A stretch of DNA of 64,000 nt, taken from the NCBI GenBank assembly GCA_963663475.2, contig CAXXJV010000001.1:2432001-2496000 (forward strand), given 5' to 3'. The notes below the pieces were generated by a model. That model saw only the letters and a program-made list of their open reading frames with translations. It had not been told where the DNA came from and did not search any database. The position numbers were made by a program, and so were the translations under genes. How positions within the stretch are numbered: the stretch's first letter is position 1; every line of letters begins with the position of its first letter. Positions 56,264-64,000 of this stretch are shown one piece after another. The stretch comes from Candidatus Cloacimonadales bacterium. Its GTDB lineage: Bacteria > Cloacimonadota > Cloacimonadia > Cloacimonadales > JAFGVF01.

Positions 56264-56715
56264 ATTCTAACCACCGGTCTTTCTTTACTGTTTCTAATCT
56301 GATCCATAAGATATCTTTGGTGAGCATCAAAGTTCTCAAGCGACCAAAGAGCCACATAATTTCCTCTACCAACAAACTTAACTTTATCAGTAATATTAGC
56401 TCGATCTATAAGCTCAGGAGAAATTCTAAATCTTCCAGCTGAACCTTCTAATGATTGGATTCCCATTGAATTATCTTCTAATATGCTCAAGTTCCAATCG
56501 TTTATATCATCACCCTGACTTCGGTAAACATCACAAATACTTTCAAATTCAACCTTGGGAAAAAGAACTAAGCAATCGTAATTTGGGCTTTGGGAAACAA
56601 CAATCTTATCAGATTGATAAGTGTTCAATATGTCTTTGAACTGCTTAGGTAACACAACTCTGTTCTGAGTTATGCTACTAATATGTGTTCCATTGAACTT
56701 TCCTGTTATCGCCAT
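56260..56715 (-). CDS. mraZ: Division/cell wall cluster regulator MraZ (divergent)
   Basis: First gene of the dcw cluster, 151 aa, two AbrB-like repeats (NRVVLP, GRFRIS), FVGRGNYVALW. Confidence 0.75.
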   Translation of the reverse strand: MAITGKFNGTHISSITQNRVVLPKQFKDILNTYQSDKIVVSQSPNYDCLVLFPKVEFESICDVYRSQGDDINDWNLSILEDNSMGIQSLEGSAGRFRISPELIDRANITDKVKFVGRGNYVALWSLENFDAHQRYLMDQIRNSKERPVVRI

Positions 56716-56768
56716 TCCTTATTTCTCCCATTTTTGACTTAAAATGAATTTATTTACCTTACAATGAC

Positions 56769-56797
56769 AGAATATGACTTTACTTAATCTATGTCAA
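56769..56797 (-). promoter_or_regulatory. Putative sigma70 promoter of the dcw operon
   Basis: Minus strand TTGACA-17 nt-TATTCT about 55 nt upstream of mraZ. Confidence 0.6.
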
Positions 56798-56978
56798 ATA
56801 TTTTTTTTACTTTTTTTCCTTTTAGGTAAAATATAGCTTAACTATCTACTTTATAGATATTTATTGCAGTGTAATATTTAGTTTTTATTACATATTTTGA
56901 TTTATCTTTGTTCTCTTGTAGCTGGTTTTCAAAAAGGCATTTGCCTTTTTTTGCCTTTTAATGATTTTCCCTAATTTA

Positions 56979-57130
56979 TTTAACCCAAATAATGCAATAG
57001 ATCTTTGAGAATAGCACTATATTCTTTTGCAAAAGTAACTTCCATTATTTCTCCGAATATATAAAATATATGCGTCAAAATTCTGTAAGCTATTTTGCTA
57101 AAAGAATTTGCACTCTTCTCTAAAGCTCTA
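56979..57130 (-). repeat. ~150-bp dispersed cassette, copy B
   Basis: Reverse complement aligns without gaps to 23189-23340. Confidence 0.85.
56980..57045 (-). CDS. Putative 21-aa micro-peptide MEVTFAKEYSAILKDLLHYLG
   Basis: GGAG RBS 5 nt before the ATG; homolog of 23274-23333. Confidence 0.4.
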   Translation of the reverse strand: MEVTFAKEYSAILKDLLHYLG

Positions 57131-57375
57131 TTGCACCATTCGGGTTTAATTGATAAGTTTAAACATTATGCCCAAAATTACCTTCCCAAGTAAGCTATCC
57201 TTATTTTTACTTGAATTTTTGCCCAAAACTAGGTAACTTAAAGGGTAGTTATGAGTAAATATGTTAGTACATATTGTGATTATGACAAAATATGACTTTT
57301 TTACCCTATATGCTGTATATAAATTTTATAACTAATTCAGAACTTAATAGTTAAACCAGATAGCCTAATAGAAAT

Positions 57376-57456
57376 TTAGTGAAGAGGGCAAGATTCTTTT
57401 AGCAAGCAAAATAGCTTACAGAATTTTAACGCATATAATTTATATATTTGGAGAAA
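57376..57456 (+). repeat. Dispersed cassette copy C, truncated just after the RBS
   Basis: TTTAGTGAAGAG...GCAAAATAGCTTACAGAATTTTAACGCATATAATTTATATATTTGGAGAAA, inverted relative to copy B. Confidence 0.8.
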
Positions 57457-57465
57457 GGGGAATGT

Positions 57466-57555
57466 TGACGGGAGTTGCTCACGGAGTAGCGACTTCCGAC
57501 ACTCTTTCGCCCACCCGCCCGAAGTCCCTTGCCTACGGCTGAGGAACTCCGGTCT
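57466..57555. repeat. REPIN-like element, copy 2
   Basis: Matches the reverse complement of 16296-16379 except for the central spacer. Confidence 0.8.
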
Positions 57556-57640
57556 GTGTGTGAAAGGGAATGTTACTCTCCCCGCCTTACGGCACCCCTC
57601 TCATACCGCTCTTACGAGCTGAAAGGGGAATTAAGAGACA

Positions 57641-57709
57641 ATCCCGCGACCCATTCCCGTAACCACTTGTAATCTGCATAACCGCGGGCAAGGATGCCCG
57701 CATTCCCAG
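57641..57709. repeat. Diverged relative of the 86-bp array core with a REP-like hairpin
   Basis: ATCCCGCGACCCA, then CCGTAACCACTTG...CGCGGGCAAGGATGCCCGCATTCCCAG; shares blocks with the 22.1-23.1 kb core. Confidence 0.75.
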
Positions 57710-57728
57710 TTAGAATCTTCTTTTCCTT

Positions 57729-57896
57729 TTGTGTCTTCGTGCCTTTGTGGTAAATCACTTATTATTATCGGTGTTTTCGGTGGCTTATTCTTCCTTCTTA
57801 AAACTCTGTGAAACTCCTCTTTACCTCTATGAACTCTGTGTTAAAGAGCTTTTCTTATTCGTGAAATTCGGTCTAATTCGCGTTAATTCGTGTAAA
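57729..57896. repeat. Stack of four short 8-10-nt microrepeat blocks
   Basis: TTGTGTCT-TCGTGCCT-TTGTGG; TCGGTGTTT-TCGGTGG; CTCTGTGAAA...CTCTATGAA-CTCTGTG; ATTCGTGAA-ATTCGGTCTA-ATTCGCGTTA-ATTCGTG. Confidence 0.75.
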
Positions 57897-58087
57897 GAAT
57901 CGAAATGGAATATAAACCTAGATAAAAGTTGAGTATTAATCCTTCAACTTAAGATTTTTCTTCTTTGACCTAAAATAAAAATCCAATACAAAAACAAGCC
58001 TTCATAATATTTAAGAGGACTTTTTTGGAATTTTGGTCCGCTTTTCATAAAAAAAATTAAAAAACTTAGCTTATACCATCATTTACC

Positions 58088-58144
58088 CTTCCTTTACAGT
58101 CTTTCGATGAAAGTCGGACTTTCATCGAAAGACTGTAAAGGAAG
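58088..58144. repeat. Long palindrome, copy 2 (28-bp arms)
   Basis: CTTCCTTTACAGTCTTTCGATGAAAGTC-g-GACTTTCATCGAAAGACTGTAAAGGAAG. Confidence 0.92.
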
Positions 58145-58230
58145 AATCATAGATGAAAAGGTGATAATTACTCTTTTTCTTTCGATTTATCGAATAATAC
58201 AATAAAGCCTTTAATATTTCTAGAGATAAC

Positions 58231-58260
58231 AAAATAAAGCCCTGTAATAACAAGGCTTTA
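58231..58260 (-). terminator. Intrinsic terminator after 58286..59911
   Basis: Minus strand TAAAGCCTTGT-TATT-ACAGGGCTTTA followed by TTTT. Confidence 0.7.
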
Positions 58261-58285
58261 TATTATATTATTAAATTATATGATA

Positions 58286-59911
58286 CTATTTCATAAGGAT
58301 CATTTTGTTTGTTTTACTATAGCTATGGGAAATTAGTTTATAGAGATATACTCCTGAAGTTACATCTTTATTATTATTATCTTTTGCATTCCAAACTATT
58401 ACATGTTGACCAGGAAGGAATTTTGGATAAGTTTTGATAATCTGACCTTTTAAGTTATAAATTATCAATTGGGCTGTATCACTTTCTTTAACACTGAACT
58501 TAATTGTTGTTTGAGGATTGAAAGGATTAGGATAAGCTGATGATAAATTAGTTGCAGTTGGAAGTACATTATTATTTTCTTGACTTTCAATTTTTACAGT
58601 AACAGGACCATAAAGAGTATTTTCATTACTTAACTCTAAACTTTCCAACCAATAGTAATATGTTGTTTGATTATCAACTTCTTGATCAAGATAAGAATAA
58701 TTAGCACCATTTGCAGTATTATGAGCAGTAATAATTTCAGGATTTAATCTTTGAGCTGTCTGTGAATCTTCATTTTCATTTCTATAGATATTATAACCTA
58801 ATAAATTAGATTCAGAAGCTGTTTCCCAGTTTATTTGTGCGTAGTTCTCAGCTGTGATAGTAGCACTAAATGATGATAATTCTACTGGAAGAGTTTCAGA
58901 AGGAATACCTGCAGAAAATTCTGAGAATGTATTTAAACCTGTAACAGTAACCTTACTTCCATTGTATGATAATGCTACTCCTGGAATAGAAGTAACATCA
59001 AACCAAACTTGACTTGAGTCACTTCTTTTTAGTATCCTATATTCTATATCTCCATTATAGTCTTCTATTGTTGCTAAATCAAAAGTGATAGTATAATTAT
59101 GACCTTGACCAGTAACAGTATTAATAGTCCAATAGACTGGTAATAAGCTTGAAATAGTTTCTGGAAGATCACCTACAACACTTGGGGCAATTTCGTTGAG
59201 CATGATAGAGATATTAATATCAGGATGATCATTTTCAGTAAAGGCAATTTCTATTAAAGAACCAATTGTTTCATAGATATCAGTATTTCCTGCTGGGATA
59301 TCTACACTTTCAGGCAAGGCTAATGAGTCTTCTGTTAGGAAGCGAGTATTTGGTTTATACATATTGAGAGAACCACTAATCAGAGGGAAAGAGTCATCTT
59401 TATATTTATAAACGCACCTGTTTGGGTCTGATTTATAGTACCATCTTGGATAACCACTAGTATAAGAGCCATCTCTATTTTCCCAATAGATAATAATATT
59501 ATCTGTACCGTTATATGCAAAGTCATTAACATTAAAATCTAAAGTGAACCAATCTCCTACATTGCCAGTAAAAGTTATACTTCCATCATAAACCTTAACA
59601 GCACCATTAGTGATTGGATCCTCATAGTTTGGCATTGGAAAATTATCTAAGGATGTATGCTGAATATAAATAGATTGATTTAACATTTCATAGTCATCAG
59701 TCGCTCTAGCAAATTGATATTCAAGTCCAGTTACATTAAAAGATTGATTAGCTAATTCCTCAGCTGTATAAATCACTCTTGACCAACTATAATCATAATA
59801 TCCATAAACAGGTACATAAGAAGTGATAGCAGTACCACCACCTACCTCAATAAAATCTGCAAAAAGTCCAAAACACATAATTAACATTAAAAATACAAGT
59901 AGCTTTTTCAT
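58286..59911 (-). CDS. Secreted protein with C-terminal FlgD/T9SS-type domain
   Basis: Signal peptide, 'TLPVELSSFSA...WETASE.N..GYNIYR' Ig-like module, 'AYPNPFNPQTTI...KMILMK'. Confidence 0.85.
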   Translation of the reverse strand: MKKLLVFLMLIMCFGLFADFIEVGGGTAITSYVPVYGYYDYSWSRVIYTAEELANQSFNVTGLEYQFARATDDYEMLNQSIYIQHTSLDNFPMPNYEDPITNGAVKVYDGSITFTGNVGDWFTLDFNVNDFAYNGTDNIIIYWENRDGSYTSGYPRWYYKSDPNRCVYKYKDDSFPLISGSLNMYKPNTRFLTEDSLALPESVDIPAGNTDIYETIGSLIEIAFTENDHPDINISIMLNEIAPSVVGDLPETISSLLPVYWTINTVTGQGHNYTITFDLATIEDYNGDIEYRILKRSDSSQVWFDVTSIPGVALSYNGSKVTVTGLNTFSEFSAGIPSETLPVELSSFSATITAENYAQINWETASESNLLGYNIYRNENEDSQTAQRLNPEIITAHNTANGANYSYLDQEVDNQTTYYYWLESLELSNENTLYGPVTVKIESQENNNVLPTATNLSSAYPNPFNPQTTIKFSVKESDTAQLIIYNLKGQIIKTYPKFLPGQHVIVWNAKDNNNKDVTSGVYLYKLISHSYSKTNKMILMK

Positions 59912-60230
59912 TTTTTTCTCCTTTCTTTTTTTATTTCTTCAACTACTTAGTAAAAGACCTAAGAAACAATGATTTCTTTCTCAAACTATTCAAATCTTTT
60001 ACATTTTATAGATTAATATAGTGCAGAAACTATTCCAAGATTTATTCAGGAATATTTATCTAGGCTATTGTATTGATTTATAATAAGTTAAGATTTTTAG
60101 TCTTATATTTTTTAAAGCTATAAGTGTGATTATAGAAAATAATTATTGCAATACTGCAAAATCTACTGCAATTTATTGCATTTTTGCAATTACTAAAAAA
60201 TGTGGCTCAAATTCAGATAAACCCATGAAG

Positions 60231-60258
60231 TAATAAAGCCCTGCTAAGCAGGGCTTTA
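60231..60258 (-). terminator. Intrinsic terminator after the large secreted protein gene
   Basis: TAAAGCCCTGC-TAA-GCAGGGCTTTA perfect 11-bp stem. Confidence 0.7.
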
Positions 60259-60292
60259 GTCTTGTATCAAATCAATAAATGATTTTATGATA

Positions 60293-63200
60293 CTATTTCA
60301 TTAATATCATCTTTTGAGTTTTAGTTAAGGATTTAGAAGTCATTTTTGCAAAATAAACTCCAGAAGCAACTTTATTGTTATTCTGATCTCTACCATTCCA
60401 GATATACTTATGATTTCCAGCTTGCAAGTTATCATTACATAAAGTTTTCACTTTTTGTCCTCTTACATTATAGATTTCAAGTTTAACATGTTGGCTTTTA
60501 TTAATATCAAATGATATTGTAGTTTCAGGATTAAATGGATTAGGATAATTCTTATTTAATCTAGTAATCATCGGAACAATATCAGAGTCATTAGATACAA
60601 TACCATTAGTTATTTCGAAAGAAATCTCATCACTAAATGCAGAACCTACATAAGAATTATCAATTGTTTGAACTGATACATAATAGGTTCCATTTTGAAG
60701 ATTATTGATAGAGCAAGCAAGACTGTTTAGCATATTACCATTATGTGGTTTAAGTAAGAAACCATCATTAGTAGCCATAGAAGAGAAGATTTCATTACCA
60801 CCAGAACTTGTACCAACTTTGATATTGTAAGTTAAGCCCAGCTGAGGTGTTTCATTATCAGAACCCATACCCCACTCTAGGGCAACCATATCATCTTCAA
60901 CCACAGCACTAAGCATAGCAGGTGCTTGTGGAGCAGAATTACTTAACTCAGTTTGATTTTCATATAAATTACAATAGTAATCTAAGTAGTCATATCTACC
61001 TGTTAATAGAACATCAGAATTCCCATCACCATTATAATCAATCATAGTAAGTTCACCATATTTTAAAGCGTCTAAACTATCAGCATAGGTAAAAGTATCA
61101 TTACCTTGATAGAAGTGAACTTGTCCTGTCCACCATTCTTGATTTTGAACACCATTAACAATTACATCAAGTAAACCATCAGAGTTAAGGTCATGAATCT
61201 TCATATCACCCTGTCTGATACCTGCAATATAAGTTTCATTTTCAGGAAGATTAATGTTTGTAAAGGTATCGTCTCCATTGTTACGAAGAATGTACAAGAC
61301 AGATGGTATTTCTAGTTGAATAGAACCAGTAACGAAAAGATCCATTAATCCATCATTATTATAATCACCCCATTCAACAACTGTATAACGTACACCTTCA
61401 ATACCTAAGTCTATTTCTGTAAATTCATTATTTCCTTCATTTTTCCAGACAGATACTCTCCAATCCCAGCTATCTACTCTTCCTGCTGTAGCAATATCAA
61501 GTAAGCCATCGTTATTGAAATCAGCAAACTTAGCATCTCCTGATGACAATTGATGAACTTCTGGAGCTATCATTTCGAACTGATAATTACCTTGGTTTAC
61601 GTAAATTCTAGTATAATCAACATCTCCAATCTCTAGATCTAAAACACCAGTATAGAGAACATCAAGTAGTCCATCGCCATTATAATCTTTCCAATCTGTA
61701 TTAGATCCCTTAAGAGGAGGTAAGTTAGTTTCAACTTCAGTATAAGTACCATTTTCATTTACATATACTCTACTGATGTAGTTATTTTGTTCATATTGAC
61801 CTGAAGTATAGATATCTAAGTCGTTATCATTATCTAAATCTATCCAATCTACACAACCGAAACCTGTACCATCAAGACCTAACTCAAGTCTTTCAAATTG
61901 GCCATCACCATTATTTTTATAAATAGTAATAGCTGATGTATTAGAGTCAACAACATAGCCTGTAGCTAAGATATCATAATCTCCATCATTATCATAATCA
62001 CCAGCTTCAGTTTCACTTTGCCAGAAGCCTTCCATTCCTGCGTTAATATCTTGGAAGCCAAATGAGTAAGTTTCACCTAGTAACTCGATAATGTGACCTG
62101 TATCATCAGCATGTAAGAGCTGACTATGAATTTCTAATTGACCTGAGTGATTTCCACTTTCAGGGAAATTCATTGCAAGACTAATAGTTAATGTATCTTC
62201 TAAAACAAGATCATTAAGAGTTTGACCTGTTACCTGTCCCGCAAGTCCTATTAAGAAGTTATCTGAGACTGTGACAGTTTCAAAATTAATAGGCATTTCA
62301 TTGAGATTGATAATCTGCATTGACATTATAGGTGATTGGCTACCATTGATTGTAGCAGGGAAAGTAATTGATTCAGCAGAATATTCAACTTCAGCAGTAA
62401 TTGAGTTAGCTAGTAAATCAACATATACTTGTGGATCAGCAACAGAATTAGATGAAATCATAAGACTATCATTAACTGTTCCAGAGACATTATTAGCATA
62501 TTTAACTTGAATAACTGCAGTTTCTGCAGGCTGGATAGTAATATCTGTAAGAGTAGATAACCACTGGTCATTATCATATTGAAGATTAAAATACTCAGGT
62601 GCAGTAATTTCATCAACAGTTAAAGGCATAATACCTGAATTAAGAATATTAAAAGTCAAGATATTTTCACCATTTCCTTGATACATTGTACCAAAATCTA
62701 GTGCTTGAGGACTAACAGTTATTGAATATTGATCTTCTGGGTTTAGTGGATTCTCAAGATTTTCATCAGCACCTTTATAAGGATTCACAAGATGTCTTAA
62801 ATCACCATCAATATCATACTCAACACCATCTATAGGATTTCCTGCTAAAGCAAAATCACCTAGAGATATTCCTGTAAGATGTAAGTCATAATTTGAAACA
62901 AATTCAGCATTAAAGACACTGGTATTCATATCAGTTGCAGAAGTAGTTTGCCAAGTTTCTAAATCTGGGCAATCAGTATTAATCCATGAACCAATAGAAC
63001 CATTTTCACAATAATAGGCATTATCATCAGCATTCCAAGTACCACCACCAAAGGTATAATCGATAACATAGTGATCATTATCACCAGAACGATTATTAAC
63101 AAAGAGATTATTCTTTAAGTTTATAATACCGTCTGTACCTGTTTTTTGTACACAGAAGTCATCGTCAGTACCTATACCTGCTAAAAGAACAGTATTATTA

Positions 63201-64000
63201 TAGACATTAAGTGTCATGTCAGAATTACCTGCATCTAATCTAAGTCCAAATACTTTATCATTATTATCTTCAGTAACAGATATAAAGTTATTAATTATAT
63301 CAGCTGAAACTTTCTGAACTCTGATAGCATAGATATTTGCTGTGGCTTCTTTTAAACCATAAATGTGGTTATTTGTGATTTTAGCATTATTTGCTTCAGA
63401 ATTGTATTGAACATATACCCCATAAACAGCTACTTCTGGAGTATAATATTCTGAAGTATAAAAGATAGTATTATTATGAATAATGTTATCGTAAGAAGCA
63501 TCTCTTACATGGAAACCATAATTACCAAAGTTTGAGACATTAGCGTTTTTAATTGTGATGTTATTAGAAGCATATATGTAGTAAGCTCTATCATATTTAA
63601 TATCATCATCATTAGTATCAGTAATATCAATACTATCGAAAGTAATATAGGCAGCATTATTAAATTCAATTACATTTCCTTCTAAATAATTATAGTCAAT
63701 TAAAGGATTGTTACCTTCTCCGACTTTTTGGAAGATAATTGGATTTTCTTGACTACCAAGAGCTGTAATAGCTGATAGAGAATCTGTAAATATCTGACCA
63801 GCTTGAATATTATAAATGATACCACCTTGAGGAATGATACCATTATTTAAGGCTAAAATTGCATCTTGGATTGTTGTATAATCACCATTACCAGTATTAT
63901 CAATTACATATTCAGATTCTAGTAAGCTAACAAGTGGATTTTCGAGATTTTCATCAGCACCTATATATGGATAACTTGCATGACGCATTTCTCCATCAAA
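60293..64000 (-). CDS. Large secreted multidomain protein (beta-helix, Ig-like, FG-GAP/VCBS repeats, FN3-like, FlgD/T9SS-type C-terminus); 5'-truncated by window edge
   Basis: Frame is open to the window end (FDGEMRH...). Asn-rich beta-helix, repeated DYxNDGxxD motifs, NYPNPFNPETTISF...KMILMK. Confidence 0.88.
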   Translation of the reverse strand, partial: FDGEMRHASYPYIGADENLENPLVSLLESEYVIDNTGNGDYTTIQDAILALNNGIIPQGGIIYNIQAGQIFTDSLSAITALGSQENPIIFQKVGEGNNPLIDYNYLEGNVIEFNNAAYITFDSIDITDTNDDDIKYDRAYYIYASNNITIKNANVSNFGNYGFHVRDASYDNIIHNNTIFYTSEYYTPEVAVYGVYVQYNSEANNAKITNNHIYGLKEATANIYAIRVQKVSADIINNFISVTEDNNDKVFGLRLDAGNSDMTLNVYNNTVLLAGIGTDDDFCVQKTGTDGIINLKNNLFVNNRSGDNDHYVIDYTFGGGTWNADDNAYYCENGSIGSWINTDCPDLETWQTTSATDMNTSVFNAEFVSNYDLHLTGISLGDFALAGNPIDGVEYDIDGDLRHLVNPYKGADENLENPLNPEDQYSITVSPQALDFGTMYQGNGENILTFNILNSGIMPLTVDEITAPEYFNLQYDNDQWLSTLTDITIQPAETAVIQVKYANNVSGTVNDSLMISSNSVADPQVYVDLLANSITAEVEYSAESITFPATINGSQSPIMSMQIINLNEMPINFETVTVSDNFLIGLAGQVTGQTLNDLVLEDTLTISLAMNFPESGNHSGQLEIHSQLLHADDTGHIIELLGETYSFGFQDINAGMEGFWQSETEAGDYDNDGDYDILATGYVVDSNTSAITIYKNNGDGQFERLELGLDGTGFGCVDWIDLDNDNDLDIYTSGQYEQNNYISRVYVNENGTYTEVETNLPPLKGSNTDWKDYNGDGLLDVLYTGVLDLEIGDVDYTRIYVNQGNYQFEMIAPEVHQLSSGDAKFADFNNDGLLDIATAGRVDSWDWRVSVWKNEGNNEFTEIDLGIEGVRYTVVEWGDYNNDGLMDLFVTGSIQLEIPSVLYILRNNGDDTFTNINLPENETYIAGIRQGDMKIHDLNSDGLLDVIVNGVQNQEWWTGQVHFYQGNDTFTYADSLDALKYGELTMIDYNGDGNSDVLLTGRYDYLDYYCNLYENQTELSNSAPQAPAMLSAVVEDDMVALEWGMGSDNETPQLGLTYNIKVGTSSGGNEIFSSMATNDGFLLKPHNGNMLNSLACSINNLQNGTYYVSVQTIDNSYVGSAFSDEISFEITNGIVSNDSDIVPMITRLNKNYPNPFNPETTISFDINKSQHVKLEIYNVRGQKVKTLCNDNLQAGNHKYIWNGRDQNNNKVASGVYFAKMTSKSLTKTQKMILMK

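Noticed and set aside
57729-57932. 67-aa ORF over the microrepeat stack
   Set aside because: Translation of repeat DNA with no clear RBS and no family motifs.

Overview
AT-rich bacterial chromosome segment, most likely Candidatus Cloacimonadota/FCB superphylum (inferred from the 16S sequence style and several secreted proteins ending in a 'YPNPFNP...KMILMK' FlgD/T9SS-type C-terminal domain). Almost everything is on the minus strand: housekeeping genes (mutS, U32/TrhP-like, rho, tRNA-Lys, recF, dnaN, purH, trmFO, lpxB), a complete rRNA operon (16S-tRNA-Ile-tRNA-Ala-23S-5S), and a dcw cluster (mraZ to ftsZ) with a MurE-MurF fusion. The unusual material is non-coding and lies in three intergenic zones (16.3-16.6 kb, 22.1-23.5 kb, 56.9-58.2 kb) that share a set of modular repeats. 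These are: a ~200-bp tandem array with an 86-bp invariant core and nine REP-like hairpins; a REPIN-like inverted hairpin pair with compensatory base-pair swaps; a long palindrome with a compensatory swap; a ~150-bp dispersed cassette carrying an RBS and a conserved 19-21 aa micro-ORF; and a stack of 8-10-nt microrepeat half-sites. The 5S rRNA is clamped by four copies of a 16-bp motif that can form either an extended helix I plus terminator or a competing hairpin, just upstream of dnaN-recF. The 23S gene has a 251-nt intervening sequence at helix 45, and an MFS gene is split by a 1-nt frameshift. No transposase, Cas or phage genes were recognised in the window.
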